From positions 64,001-128,000 of the forward strand of contig BK006947.3 in NCBI GenBank assembly GCA_000146045.2: 64,000 bases of DNA, given 5' to 3'. This document shows, one piece after another, positions 46,736 to 57,117 of the stretch. A program made the translations under genes and the position numbers. The notes beneath the pieces were generated by a model. It worked only from the letters and a program-made list of their open reading frames with translations, was not told the origin of the DNA and did not search any database. How positions within the stretch are numbered: position 1 is the first letter of the stretch; every line of letters starts with the position of its first letter. This DNA comes from TPA_inf: Saccharomyces (taxonomy: Eukaryota).

Positions 46736-46764
46736 TGTTTCAATACTGTTTCAATACTGTTTCA
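46736..46764. promoter_or_regulatory. Three tandem pheromone response elements (TGTTTCA, reverse of TGAAACA). They sit at 11-bp spacing, 150-180 bp upstream of PRM1.
   Basis: ATGTTTCAATACTGTTTCAATACTGTTTCAG read directly. Ste12 PRE consensus is TGAAACA. Confidence 0.65.
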
Positions 46765-46916
46765 GAAGTGCGTCACATATTAATTTTAACTTATAACTGG
46801 CCTGTTGCTGGCAAGAGGTATATATATATGACGAATGTGACCAACATAAGTCCTTAAGATAATCCCGAAATATTTGGTTAGGATGATTCCCTTTCGAATT
46901 TGTGAACGTTGATGAT

Positions 46917-48902
46917 ATGAGCGGTTTTAAATGCTATTTGCAATTGGGTGACAGGCTCTCTCAAATATGGCTAAATAAGTATACTTTGGTTTTGCTGCTA
47001 GCAATGCTGAAGCTTCTGTTTTTCTCCAAATCCATACAACATGCGATAGAAGTCTCGGAAACGTATATTTTGTCCAATTGTTACAGTATTGATTCACTAT
47101 ACTCCAAGATGACAGACAACACGCCGCACTATTTAGGTATCATGGGGAATTATCTTATCGAGAAGGGTATGGAGGAGACTGTTAAAGCTACGCTAGAGAC
47201 GTTATCACTTATAGTATATGCGAGCGAGGGGCTGGTAAACTTTGCCATTGACCTGTATTTGGGCACTTATGCCTGTTTGATTGTTAGTGCCGTTGATGGT
47301 ACCGTGGACGTTGCTACTAACATTACAGAAAAACTGATTAGCTTAGTCAATGATACAGTTTCAAGTGTGGCTAATGAATTGGATACGGGCTTGAATGACA
47401 TCTCCAAAATAATCAATAAAGTGATCAAGGCCGCATCCAAAGTAGAGAATTTTTTCACAGGTGATGACGATGACAGTAACATGACGTCGTCAATCAAAAG
47501 CGTCAACTTAACCATATCTGCGCTTCACAATTTATACATTCCTTCCTCAATCAACGATAAGCTTGAAGAGTTATCGGCAAAGACGCCGGACTTTGCCCAG
47601 GTTAAGAATACAACCAAGAACCTGATCTCGGTTCCCTTCAATGAAGTTCGGAAGAATATCAAGGCCGTGAATGCCAGCAATATAATCGGAGATACCTCCG
47701 TTTTGTACGTACCTCCCGTGTCCCTTGACAACAGTACTGGGATTTGCTCATCCAATCAATCAGAAATTTTGGCCTTTTATTCCATCTTGGGACATGTCCT
47801 GAAAATAGCCACCGTAGTGTGCATTACCGTATTGATATGCTTCGCTGTTGGTGCGATGGCGCCCGTTGCATGGAATGAAATCAAGCTCTGGAGGCGCCTT
47901 TGCGGAATGAGAGACCATTACATGCTGAGCAGGCAAGATTCGTATACGTCCTTTTCCAGTGAAAACACGCACGAATTGAAAGATCCATTTAGAGATCCTC
48001 CTATACAAAATGGCCAATATGATGTCATTGCAAGCTATCAGCAGTGCTTTCAAACATGGAACACAAGAATAGCAGGCTGGATGACAAATCTTGTTACCTT
48101 TGGAAAATCACCAGAGAACATTGACCCAAAGACTAAACAAAAAATAGAATGGGTAGTGGCTTATATGACCTCCGAAAGAGCACTGTGTGTTCTTGGAATT
48201 GGACTTTTGGGAATTTTAGTGTGCATATGCCAATTTGTCATGATAGCACTGTTAAAACACAAGATAAGCCATTCATTGACTTCTAATGATGGTGACGGCG
48301 TTCAAAATTTGCTGAAGTCTAGCACTGCCGTCGATATAGAGAACCAAATGAGCCTTTGGAGCGTTCAGACTAATAAATATATAAATACTACGGAGACCAA
48401 TATCAATCAGGAAGTATTCGGGTGGATAAACACGACAACACTTTCTGTGAACAATACAGTGGCCACCATGATCTCTGATATAGACACAACTTTAGCAGAT
48501 GTATTCAATGGAACACTGCTATATAACCCAATGAAAACCGTGGTCGGATGTGCCATTGAAAATAAGCTCTACACAATAGAGAAGGCAATGACGTGGATTC
48601 ACGACAAGGCTCAGCTGCATATCCCGAGAATTAATGGGACACAAATCAAGCAAGCTCTGGCAAAGCAAACCGACAACAGCACTATACCCACTGCAAGCTC
48701 CACTTCTGCCGCCACAGAAAACTTACTGGAGAACCTTGTGAATGATATGAGAGAAGGACTTTTAAAAATTCTCCGAGCTTACCACCGTATAACTCTGGGA
48801 GAACTCACGGTAGCCTTGGTCATTCTTGCGGTGTGGCTCGTACAATTGCCCATAGCTCTGGTAATTCTCCGATTACGTCTTCGCAAAGCCACCTTTGACT
48901 GA
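46917..48902 (+). CDS. PRM1: Pheromone-regulated multi-spanning membrane protein involved in mating cell fusion (661 aa)
   Basis: The track start at 46902 is GTG. The ATG at 46917 gives MSGFKCYLQLG... The protein has several TM segments and many N-glycosylation sites. Confidence 0.9.
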   Translation: MSGFKCYLQLGDRLSQIWLNKYTLVLLLAMLKLLFFSKSIQHAIEVSETYILSNCYSIDSLYSKMTDNTPHYLGIMGNYLIEKGMEETVKATLETLSLIVYASEGLVNFAIDLYLGTYACLIVSAVDGTVDVATNITEKLISLVNDTVSSVANELDTGLNDISKIINKVIKAASKVENFFTGDDDDSNMTSSIKSVNLTISALHNLYIPSSINDKLEELSAKTPDFAQVKNTTKNLISVPFNEVRKNIKAVNASNIIGDTSVLYVPPVSLDNSTGICSSNQSEILAFYSILGHVLKIATVVCITVLICFAVGAMAPVAWNEIKLWRRLCGMRDHYMLSRQDSYTSFSSENTHELKDPFRDPPIQNGQYDVIASYQQCFQTWNTRIAGWMTNLVTFGKSPENIDPKTKQKIEWVVAYMTSERALCVLGIGLLGILVCICQFVMIALLKHKISHSLTSNDGDGVQNLLKSSTAVDIENQMSLWSVQTNKYINTTETNINQEVFGWINTTTLSVNNTVATMISDIDTTLADVFNGTLLYNPMKTVVGCAIENKLYTIEKAMTWIHDKAQLHIPRINGTQIKQALAKQTDNSTIPTASSTSAATENLLENLVNDMREGLLKILRAYHRITLGELTVALVILAVWLVQLPIALVILRLRLRKATFD

Positions 48903-49270
48903 TTAATTAGTTGATAGACTTTTTCCGTCATAACTCTATTTAATAATGATGACCAAAAAGAGGCTCGTTCGAATCATTTCGCGTTGAATTTGAAATTCGC
49001 GGAGGAAAAACACGCAAAGAGAATCGGAAACCTTATCGTCAAATCATTGCACCTTGCAATGGTGGGTAATGATACATCATCGCAGTAACAGTATTCATAT
49101 ATTCGTATAGTTAATAAGATCACTTTTCAGTTAGCTTATACAATAAAAGATATTACCTTTTGTATTGTTAGTTGCAACATCCTTTTTTTATAAACTTTGA
49201 CAGGCGATATTACGTTTGTCACTTCGGTTTCCCCACACAAAGAACACGTTACTTGGCAAATTCAGCTCTT

Positions 49271-52200
49271 ATGCGAATTTTTTCAGGTGACAACAAGGTA
49301 GTTGATTCCCTCGCCTCTAACCCTGGATTAATGAGTCCATCGAATTTTGGCGGTGACTTCGGTTCACGACTAAAAGTAAATGTAACATCAAAAAAGAAAC
49401 TTAACGACTCATCACCAACTTCTCCCATGGAAAGTTCACCAGTTTCACCTGAGTTGGTGCCTATTCTAACACTGCTAAATGCACATACACATAGAAGATA
49501 TCATGAAGGCGTGTTTTTGATTTTACAAGACCTTAACAACAATGGCACTCATGCAGCAAGGAAATGGAAGGACGTATATGGGGTACTGTTGGGTACTCAA
49601 CTAGCCCTTTGGGACGCCAAGGAACTAGCAGAATTCACTGATCCGTCTTGTCCGGTCTCTGAAAAGAAACTGAAGGAAGTTGCTTCCAAACCCACTTATA
49701 TCAATTTGACAGATGCTACACTAAGAACTTTGGATAACTCCGATAATATCGTAATGGAGTGTGGAAAAAACCTCACTAATGCATTGGTGGTTTCTACTAC
49801 GCTGAAAAACCGATATTTCTTACAATTCGGTAACAAAGAGTCTTTCAACGCATGGAATTCTGCTATACGATTATGTTTATACGAATGTTCTTCGTTACAA
49901 GAGGCTTACACAGGCGCATTTATTTCAAGTAGAGGCGCAAAATTAGGTGATATCAGAATTCTCCTTACGAATAGAAAATATGATTACAAGGATTGGGTCA
50001 GCGTCAGATTCGGAGCAGGTATGCCGTGGAAGCGCTGCTATGCGGTAATCTCTCAATCTAGCAGTAAGAAAAAGGGTCATTTTGGTGAAATAAATCTTTA
50101 TGAAAATGACAAGAAAGTGAAGAAAAACCATGCAATGGCTACTATTGTAGAGGCAAAGGCGCTTTATGCTGTTTACCCGTCCTCCCCTAAACTAATAGAT
50201 TCCTCTACAATCATTAAAGTCGTAGGTTCTGTGAAATTTGAAAAAAAGGAGTCTGCTCAGGAAAAGGATGTCTTTATTATGCCCGAGAAGCATCAAGCTG
50301 TACCAAGTTATGACACTATAATAAGGTTTTTAATACCGGCTATGGATACTTTTAAACTATATGGAAGACCAGAGAAATTATTGTCAAGCAAGAACGACCC
50401 ACATTCACTTTTGTTTGGTTTGCCAGTTTTGCCACATATATACTACTTGGAAGTGGAGGATTTACTTCCATTGACTAATTCTGTATCAAGCTTACACTGG
50501 TCGAATAACGAATGGAAGGAACATATCAGTGATATTTTACAAAGGAAAATAGCACAAGGCTACTGTGGGTGTAATTCTACTTCCAATATTACTTCTCCTC
50601 TACCTTCTCCTTTCCTTGGTTCAGCAGACTTATTTGAAAGGGCCGATGGTGTTTTATCACCGAAACTTTCTTACGGGTCTAAATCTTCTTCGAATAACAG
50701 CTCGAAGAACAGTTTGCCAAAGAGAGAGCGTGTAAAATTGTCATCTTCTTCTGAACAGGACCTTAATAACTCTGATAGTCCATCTATTAAACGTAAAAGT
50801 CCTCCACTAGTGATATCTGAAAGTCCACACAAAGTCCACACACCTACTGATGCATCCTTCAGAACAAGAGTGACAGAAGGTTCACCTTATGCGAAGCAAA
50901 GACATCCCAAGCCGTTTGCGTCATCTGTAAACGATTCACCATCAGACAGAGCCAAGTCGAGGACAGTTCCTTACAATAATAACGACAGGAAAGCGACCAC
51001 TCCTGAGAAATTTGAAAGAGGAGAAACCTCTTGTGGTAAGAACGTGGACGAAAGTTTGGAAAAGGTCCGGAATATGAAGTTAGAAATTCCCGAGTCCAAT
51101 TTTGACAAGTTCATGACAGACAAAAATCTGTTGTCTGTGGATTCTAAATGCTCTAATGAGAAGAAGCTCTCTGTGGAATCAGATTTGTCTGCAATCTACG
51201 AAAAATACTCCAATGGTCCCTTTGGTCACACTGAGGGTCTTAACGGATCTTCTGATGAAACTTACCTTCGTTTTCAACGGGCGTCAGTTCATTCAGAGAG
51301 CAACTACAATTCAAGAAAATCCTTTACACCAAGTGACTTTTCTAATGGCAATGAGGAAGAACATGCCGTTTTACAAGAATTAAATAGTTTAACCCAAAGA
51401 ATTAATGAACTAGGCATGGAAAGTATAAATTCAAACTCCGATTCGGACAGAATAAACGGGTCATATTCACAAGTGGATTTTGGTAACAATAACGACGAGG
51501 ACGATATGAACCTGTTCGACCCAGATTTTATGGCACAAGACCAATTGCGTGCTGAAGAAAGAGACTACAACAAGGATGATAGAACACCCTTAGCTAAGGT
51601 CCCTGCGGCCTTTCAATCAACTGGATTGGGCATAACCCCCGATGACGATATCGAGAGACAATACATAACGGAACACAGATCACGACATGAAGTGCCAAAG
51701 CGGTCTCCCGAGAAACCCTCCAACCCGCTGGAAATAGGTAACCCATACGCGAAACCTGGCACAAGGTTGAATACCACTCACACCCACAGCAAAACTGATC
51801 GTAGCATTACCCCTCAGAGGGGCCAGCCAGTCCCATCAGGCCAGCAGATTTCCTCCTACGTGCAGCCAGCAAACATTAATAGTCCTAACAAAATGTATGG
51901 TGCAAACAACTCGGCAATGGGTTCGCCCAGGAATCCAAAGACGAGAGCGCCACCAGGTCCATACAATCAGGGATGGAATAACCGCCCCTCGCCTTCAAAT
52001 ATTTACCAACGTCCTCATCCCTCAGATACACAACCACAAGCATATCATCTCCCCGGAAACCCATACTCAACGGGGAACAGGCCAAACATGCAAGCGCAAT
52101 ATCACCCGCAGCAGGTGCCCATGCCTATCCTGCAGCAGCCCAATCGCCCGTACCAACCTTATGCGATGAATACGCACATGGGCTCTCCTGGCGGATATGC

Positions 52201-52453
52201 TGGGGCAGCACCACCATTTCAGCCAGCTAACGTCAACTACAATACTAGGCCTCAGCAGCCATGGCCTACACCTAACTCACCATCCGCACACTACCGTCCG
52301 CCCCCTAACCTGAACCAGCCTCAAAACGGTAGTGCTGGTTACTATCGTCCGCCGGCACCACAATTGCAAAACTCCCAAGCCCGTCCACAAAAGAAGGACG
52401 GATTCTCACAGTTCATGCCATCTGCAACTACGAAGAACCCATATGCCCAGTAA
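49271..52453 (+). CDS. CAF120: CCR4-NOT-associated protein with an N-terminal PH-like domain and a Q/N/P-rich C-terminus (1060 aa)
   Basis: The track start at 49172 is TTG. The ATG at 49271 (MRIFSGDNKVV...) gives 1060 aa, matching YNL278W. Confidence 0.88.
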   Translation: MRIFSGDNKVVDSLASNPGLMSPSNFGGDFGSRLKVNVTSKKKLNDSSPTSPMESSPVSPELVPILTLLNAHTHRRYHEGVFLILQDLNNNGTHAARKWKDVYGVLLGTQLALWDAKELAEFTDPSCPVSEKKLKEVASKPTYINLTDATLRTLDNSDNIVMECGKNLTNALVVSTTLKNRYFLQFGNKESFNAWNSAIRLCLYECSSLQEAYTGAFISSRGAKLGDIRILLTNRKYDYKDWVSVRFGAGMPWKRCYAVISQSSSKKKGHFGEINLYENDKKVKKNHAMATIVEAKALYAVYPSSPKLIDSSTIIKVVGSVKFEKKESAQEKDVFIMPEKHQAVPSYDTIIRFLIPAMDTFKLYGRPEKLLSSKNDPHSLLFGLPVLPHIYYLEVEDLLPLTNSVSSLHWSNNEWKEHISDILQRKIAQGYCGCNSTSNITSPLPSPFLGSADLFERADGVLSPKLSYGSKSSSNNSSKNSLPKRERVKLSSSSEQDLNNSDSPSIKRKSPPLVISESPHKVHTPTDASFRTRVTEGSPYAKQRHPKPFASSVNDSPSDRAKSRTVPYNNNDRKATTPEKFERGETSCGKNVDESLEKVRNMKLEIPESNFDKFMTDKNLLSVDSKCSNEKKLSVESDLSAIYEKYSNGPFGHTEGLNGSSDETYLRFQRASVHSESNYNSRKSFTPSDFSNGNEEEHAVLQELNSLTQRINELGMESINSNSDSDRINGSYSQVDFGNNNDEDDMNLFDPDFMAQDQLRAEERDYNKDDRTPLAKVPAAFQSTGLGITPDDDIERQYITEHRSRHEVPKRSPEKPSNPLEIGNPYAKPGTRLNTTHTHSKTDRSITPQRGQPVPSGQQISSYVQPANINSPNKMYGANNSAMGSPRNPKTRAPPGPYNQGWNNRPSPSNIYQRPHPSDTQPQAYHLPGNPYSTGNRPNMQAQYHPQQVPMPILQQPNRPYQPYAMNTHMGSPGGYAGAAPPFQPANVNYNTRPQQPWPTPNSPSAHYRPPPNLNQPQNGSAGYYRPPAPQLQNSQARPQKKDGFSQFMPSATTKNPYAQ

Positions 52454-52678
52454 CTCGACCGACTGGTTGTAATTTTACAAAAAGAGAGACAATTAAGAAA
52501 AGAAACAAGCGCCAGGCTTCCGTATCCCAGTTTTTCATCTCACTTTCTGGGCACGATTGTAATAATACTTCATGATAATAACTAAACTATATAAGTAGTG
52601 TCTCATCCGTAAATATACATTTAGACAGATTCTTGTATTTTCTCCGGGCAATTTTTAACTTTTTTTCTGTTAGGGCAC

Positions 52679-52867
52679 ATGACACTTGCCTATTATGGAC
52701 AGCCAGTAAAGATGTGCCATATATTGCCCCCTTTACGCTCTCTGCCAGTATTAGTGGGAAAAAAAAAACTGAAAAAAAAAAAATCGCAGACTACTAATAA
52801 TCACGTGATATTTCTTTTCACTCTCTTCATAAAGTTGCTAAAAACACACAATCGAATGAGCCTCTGA
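52679..52867 (+). CDS. Small 62-codon ORF upstream of MET2, corresponding to the reference-annotated uncharacterised sORF YNL277W-A. Coding status uncertain.
   Basis: An ATG-initiated 62-aa ORF. It contains a Cbf1 site and a poly-Lys stretch encoded by an A-tract. No recognisable domain. Confidence 0.25.
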   Translation: MTLAYYGQPVKMCHILPPLRSLPVLVGKKKLKKKKSQTTNNHVIFLFTLFIKLLKTHNRMSL

Positions 52868-53002
52868 GCAGTATAAATTGTACTTCAAAGCACTAGTCAT
52901 GAAAAACGCTTACATTAGTTCAGTTTGTCAAGGTTATGCTATTACTTGTACTTATTTCTTGCTATTGTTAGTGGCTCCCCACATTGACGTATTTTCACGT
53001 GA
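52801..53002. promoter_or_regulatory. Two Cbf1-type TCACGTGA elements (52801-52808 and 52995-53002) in the MET2 promoter
   Basis: The exact palindromic CDEI-like motif TCACGTGA occurs twice. It is typical of MET-regulon promoters (Cbf1/Met4/Met28). Confidence 0.6.
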
Positions 53003-53348
53003 TGCGCCTCACTGCGGAAGGCGCCACACATTGCCTGCAAAAAATTGTGGATGCACTCATTTGATAGTAAACTAAGTCATGTTAATCGTTTGGATTTGGC
53101 ACACACCCACAAATATACACATTACATATATATATATATTCAAAATACAGCTGCGTCCAATAGATGAGCTTCCGCTTCGTTGTACAACCTACCTGCTATC
53201 TTGTTCACGGATATTTCTTGCTTTTAATAAACAAAAGTAACTCTAGAACAGTCAAGTCTTCGATAATTTTTTTAGTCACAGGGTCCGTCTAAAGTTTCTC
53301 TTTATTTGGAATAATAGAAAAGAAAGAAAAAAACGTAGTATAAAAGGA

Positions 53349-54809
53349 ATGTCGCATACTTTAAAATCGAAAACGCTCCAAGAGCTGGACATTGAGGAGA
53401 TTAAGGAAACTAACCCATTGCTCAAACTAGTTCAAGGGCAGAGGATTGTTCAAGTTCCGGAACTAGTGCTTGAGTCTGGCGTGGTCATAAATAATTTCCC
53501 TATTGCTTATAAGACGTGGGGTACACTGAATGAAGCTGGTGATAATGTTCTGGTAATTTGTCATGCCTTGACTGGGTCCGCAGATGTTGCTGACTGGTGG
53601 GGCCCTCTTCTGGGTAACGACTTAGCATTCGACCCATCAAGGTTTTTTATCATATGTTTAAACTCTATGGGCTCTCCATATGGGTCTTTTTCGCCATTAA
53701 CGATAAATGAGGAGACGGGCGTTAGATATGGACCCGAATTCCCATTATGTACTGTGCGCGATGACGTTAGAGCTCACAGAATTGTTCTGGATTCTCTGGG
53801 AGTAAAGTCAATAGCCTGTGTTATTGGTGGCTCTATGGGGGGGATGCTGAGTTTGGAATGGGCTGCCATGTATGGTAAGGAATATGTGAAGAATATGGTT
53901 GCTCTGGCGACATCAGCAAGACATTCTGCCTGGTGCATATCGTGGTCTGAGGCTCAAAGACAATCGATTTACTCAGATCCCAACTACTTGGACGGGTACT
54001 ATCCGGTAGAGGAGCAACCTGTGGCCGGACTATCGGCTGCACGTATGTCTGCATTGTTGACGTACAGGACAAGAAACAGTTTCGAGAACAAATTCTCCAG
54101 AAGATCTCCTTCAATAGCACAACAACAAAAAGCTCAAAGGGAGGAGACACGCAAACCATCTACTGTCAGCGAACACTCCCTACAAATCCACAATGATGGG
54201 TATAAAACAAAAGCCAGCACTGCCATCGCTGGCATTTCTGGGCAAAAAGGTCAAAGCGTGGTGTCCACCGCATCTTCTTCGGATTCATTGAATTCTTCAA
54301 CATCGATGACTTCGGTAAGTTCTGTAACGGGTGAAGTGAAGGACATAAAGCCTGCGCAGACGTATTTTTCTGCACAAAGTTACTTGAGGTACCAGGGCAC
54401 AAAGTTCATCAATAGGTTCGACGCCAATTGTTACATTGCCATCACACGTAAACTGGATACGCACGATTTGGCAAGAGACAGAGTAGATGACATCACTGAG
54501 GTCCTTTCTACCATCCAACAACCATCCCTGATCATCGGTATCCAATCTGATGGACTGTTCACATATTCAGAACAAGAATTTTTGGCTGAGCACATACCGA
54601 AGTCGCAATTAGAAAAAATTGAATCTCCCGAAGGCCACGATGCCTTCCTATTGGAGTTTAAGCTGATAAACAAACTGATAGTACAATTTTTAAAAACCAA
54701 CTGCAAGGCCATTACCGATGCCGCTCCAAGAGCTTGGGGAGGTGACGTTGGTAACGATGAAACGAAGACGTCTGTCTTTGGTGAGGCCGAAGAAGTTACC
54801 AACTGGTAG
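53349..54809 (+). CDS. MET2: Homoserine O-acetyltransferase, alpha/beta hydrolase fold (486 aa)
   Basis: Has the nucleophile elbow GGSMGG. The MetX family conserved N-terminal region is present. Length is 486 aa. Confidence 0.95.
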   Translation: MSHTLKSKTLQELDIEEIKETNPLLKLVQGQRIVQVPELVLESGVVINNFPIAYKTWGTLNEAGDNVLVICHALTGSADVADWWGPLLGNDLAFDPSRFFIICLNSMGSPYGSFSPLTINEETGVRYGPEFPLCTVRDDVRAHRIVLDSLGVKSIACVIGGSMGGMLSLEWAAMYGKEYVKNMVALATSARHSAWCISWSEAQRQSIYSDPNYLDGYYPVEEQPVAGLSAARMSALLTYRTRNSFENKFSRRSPSIAQQQKAQREETRKPSTVSEHSLQIHNDGYKTKASTAIAGISGQKGQSVVSTASSSDSLNSSTSMTSVSSVTGEVKDIKPAQTYFSAQSYLRYQGTKFINRFDANCYIAITRKLDTHDLARDRVDDITEVLSTIQQPSLIIGIQSDGLFTYSEQEFLAEHIPKSQLEKIESPEGHDAFLLEFKLINKLIVQFLKTNCKAITDAAPRAWGGDVGNDETKTSVFGEAEEVTNW

Positions 54810-55267
54810 GGATAGATACCACACATACCTCAGGCATAACATAGATAAACCAGTACATGTATATCTATATCTATATTTATATATAGACAAACAGCATTAA
54901 TTAACTATAACAAAGTTTCTAGTAACACTAACGGTAGTAGTAGATTTCTCTTTTTTGTCCTCGTTGTTAAAAAACGAAAGAAGAATGAAAAAAAAAAAAA
55001 AAAACAGAAGAGTAATAGCTAGTGCTTTAGAGCTTTCCACATTTTGACCGCACTTGTAGACAGCCACTCTTGCGTTGCCACTCGACATTACATGAACAAC
55101 TGTTCTTCTCCCTGTAGCCTTAGCTTACTTCAAACTTTTTTCGTTTAGCGGGGAAAATACATCACTGAAGTAATTTTTAGATCACTCGTGGCGTAAAAGT
55201 AAGCATATCGCAATAATCATACTCATATCCTTTATCATCCAAAAAGTAGTAATAGCGCTGGCAAGGC

Positions 55268-56998
55268 ATGTCGAATGAGAGCACACGAGTTACCGTTAGT
55301 CGCGGTTGTACAGCCTCCGACGAGTGTGCGCAAGCATTGGAACGGACAAACGATGAGCTAGACAGAGAATCATCGGTATCAGAAAGTAGAAGTGATGAAG
55401 AGAGCCACGAGAAGTTATCCCGACGTCGATTCCCGACGCTAGGTATAGGCATATGGCTCGATTTGAAGGACAGAATACCGTATTACAAGTCAGATTGGGT
55501 AGATGCGTTTAATTACAGAGTTATTCCCTCTATTGTTGACACCTACTTTAATAACCTGCTACCTGCAATAGCCTTTGCGCAAGATATGTTTGATAGGACT
55601 GATAATTCCTATGGTGTGAACGAAGTACTTCTATCCAGTGCAATGGCTGGAATTGTTTTTGGAGTTCTTGGTGGACAGCCCTTATGTATAGTGGGTGTTA
55701 CTGGCCCCATCTCTATTTTTAATTATACGGTCTACGAAATTATAAAGCCTTTGAATACCAGCTATTTTGGCTTCATGTTTTGGATTTGTATGTGGTCTAT
55801 GATTTTTCATTTAGTTTTAGCATTTACGAACGCCGTTTGCCTCTTGCAATACGTGACTACGTTCCCATGTGACATATTTGGATTATTTATTAATGTGGTC
55901 TACATTCAAAAAGGAATACAAATTTTAACAAGACAGTTCAGTGCTAAATCAGGGGAGAAATCAGTACAAGACGGATTTGCTAGTGTCGTGGTGGCGCTGG
56001 TTATGACTGCGTTTGGTCTTTTCTTTAAATTATTTCATTATTACCCCCTCTTTTCTCATAGGATCAGAACATTCATATCTGATTATTCAACTGCGCTTTC
56101 AGTGCTATTCTGGTCATCATTTACACATTTTGGTGGCTACTTGCATGATGTCAAATTTAAAAAATTGCCTATTACGAAAGCTTTTTTTCCTACTTCCAAA
56201 GTCAATAGGCCTCAAAATACTTGGCTGGCATATGAACCGATTCCTGTTAAAGACGTCTTTATTGCCCTACCATTTGGTATATTTTTAACAATCTTGTTTT
56301 ACTTTGATCATAACGTATCGTCGCTAATGGCACAAAGGCATCAGTATAAGCTGAAAAAACCATCCTCTTTTCATTACGATTTCGCACTATTGGGACTTAC
56401 CACTTGCATCAGCGGGGTTCTAGGAATCCCGGCGCCCAATGGTTTGATTCCTCAAGCACCATTGCACACAGAGACACTGCTAGTTAGGGATTCAAACCAA
56501 AAGGTTATCAGTTGCGTAGAGCAAAGATTTACAAATACGTTTCAGGGCCTGATGATTCTAGGGACAATGACAAGACCGTTATTGGTATGCTTAGGAGAAA
56601 TCCCTCAGGCAGTACTTTCCGGATTGTTTTTCATTATGGGCATCAATGGCCTAATGACAAATAGTATTATACAACGGTTGGTTTTCCTGTTTTCAGACCC
56701 TAACAGAAGAGATAATACTTCACCTTTAATGAAAGTATCCAAGAAGTCAATGCTGATATTTCTTTCCTTTAGCCTGACGGGGTTTGCTGGTGAATTTGCT
56801 ATCACAAATACTATAGCGGCCATCGGCTTTCCCTTAGTATTGCTTTTAAGTGTGTTAGTTTCTTTCTCGTTTGCTTATATTTTCCCGACTGAAGAATTAA
56901 AGATTCTCGATACTAATGTGGCACAAAAATTTACCATTAAAAATTTGTTATTGGAAAATATTCGTGATGCAAAGTTCTGTGATAAGCATGAAGACTAA
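55268..56998 (+). CDS. BOR1: Boron efflux transporter, SLC4 bicarbonate-transporter family (576 aa)
   Basis: A 576-aa polytopic membrane protein with an HCO3-transporter-like core. Confidence 0.93.
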   Translation: MSNESTRVTVSRGCTASDECAQALERTNDELDRESSVSESRSDEESHEKLSRRRFPTLGIGIWLDLKDRIPYYKSDWVDAFNYRVIPSIVDTYFNNLLPAIAFAQDMFDRTDNSYGVNEVLLSSAMAGIVFGVLGGQPLCIVGVTGPISIFNYTVYEIIKPLNTSYFGFMFWICMWSMIFHLVLAFTNAVCLLQYVTTFPCDIFGLFINVVYIQKGIQILTRQFSAKSGEKSVQDGFASVVVALVMTAFGLFFKLFHYYPLFSHRIRTFISDYSTALSVLFWSSFTHFGGYLHDVKFKKLPITKAFFPTSKVNRPQNTWLAYEPIPVKDVFIALPFGIFLTILFYFDHNVSSLMAQRHQYKLKKPSSFHYDFALLGLTTCISGVLGIPAPNGLIPQAPLHTETLLVRDSNQKVISCVEQRFTNTFQGLMILGTMTRPLLVCLGEIPQAVLSGLFFIMGINGLMTNSIIQRLVFLFSDPNRRDNTSPLMKVSKKSMLIFLSFSLTGFAGEFAITNTIAAIGFPLVLLLSVLVSFSFAYIFPTEELKILDTNVAQKFTIKNLLLENIRDAKFCDKHED

Positions 56999-57117
56999 AC
57001 GCAGTTAGGATGTACAAAAGTCAACCACTTGTAATATATAGAAATTAATTGCATATATAAGAAGTATAATAATATTATCGCATTTCGAAAGGAAGAATAA
57101 AACTATGGATCTTGTAG

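Noticed and set aside
54431-54900. ORFs overlapping the 3' end of MET2 (54431-54826 minus strand, 54718-54900 plus strand)
   Set aside because: They overlap the end of a well-supported gene. They have no motifs and are likely spurious (dubious-class ORFs).
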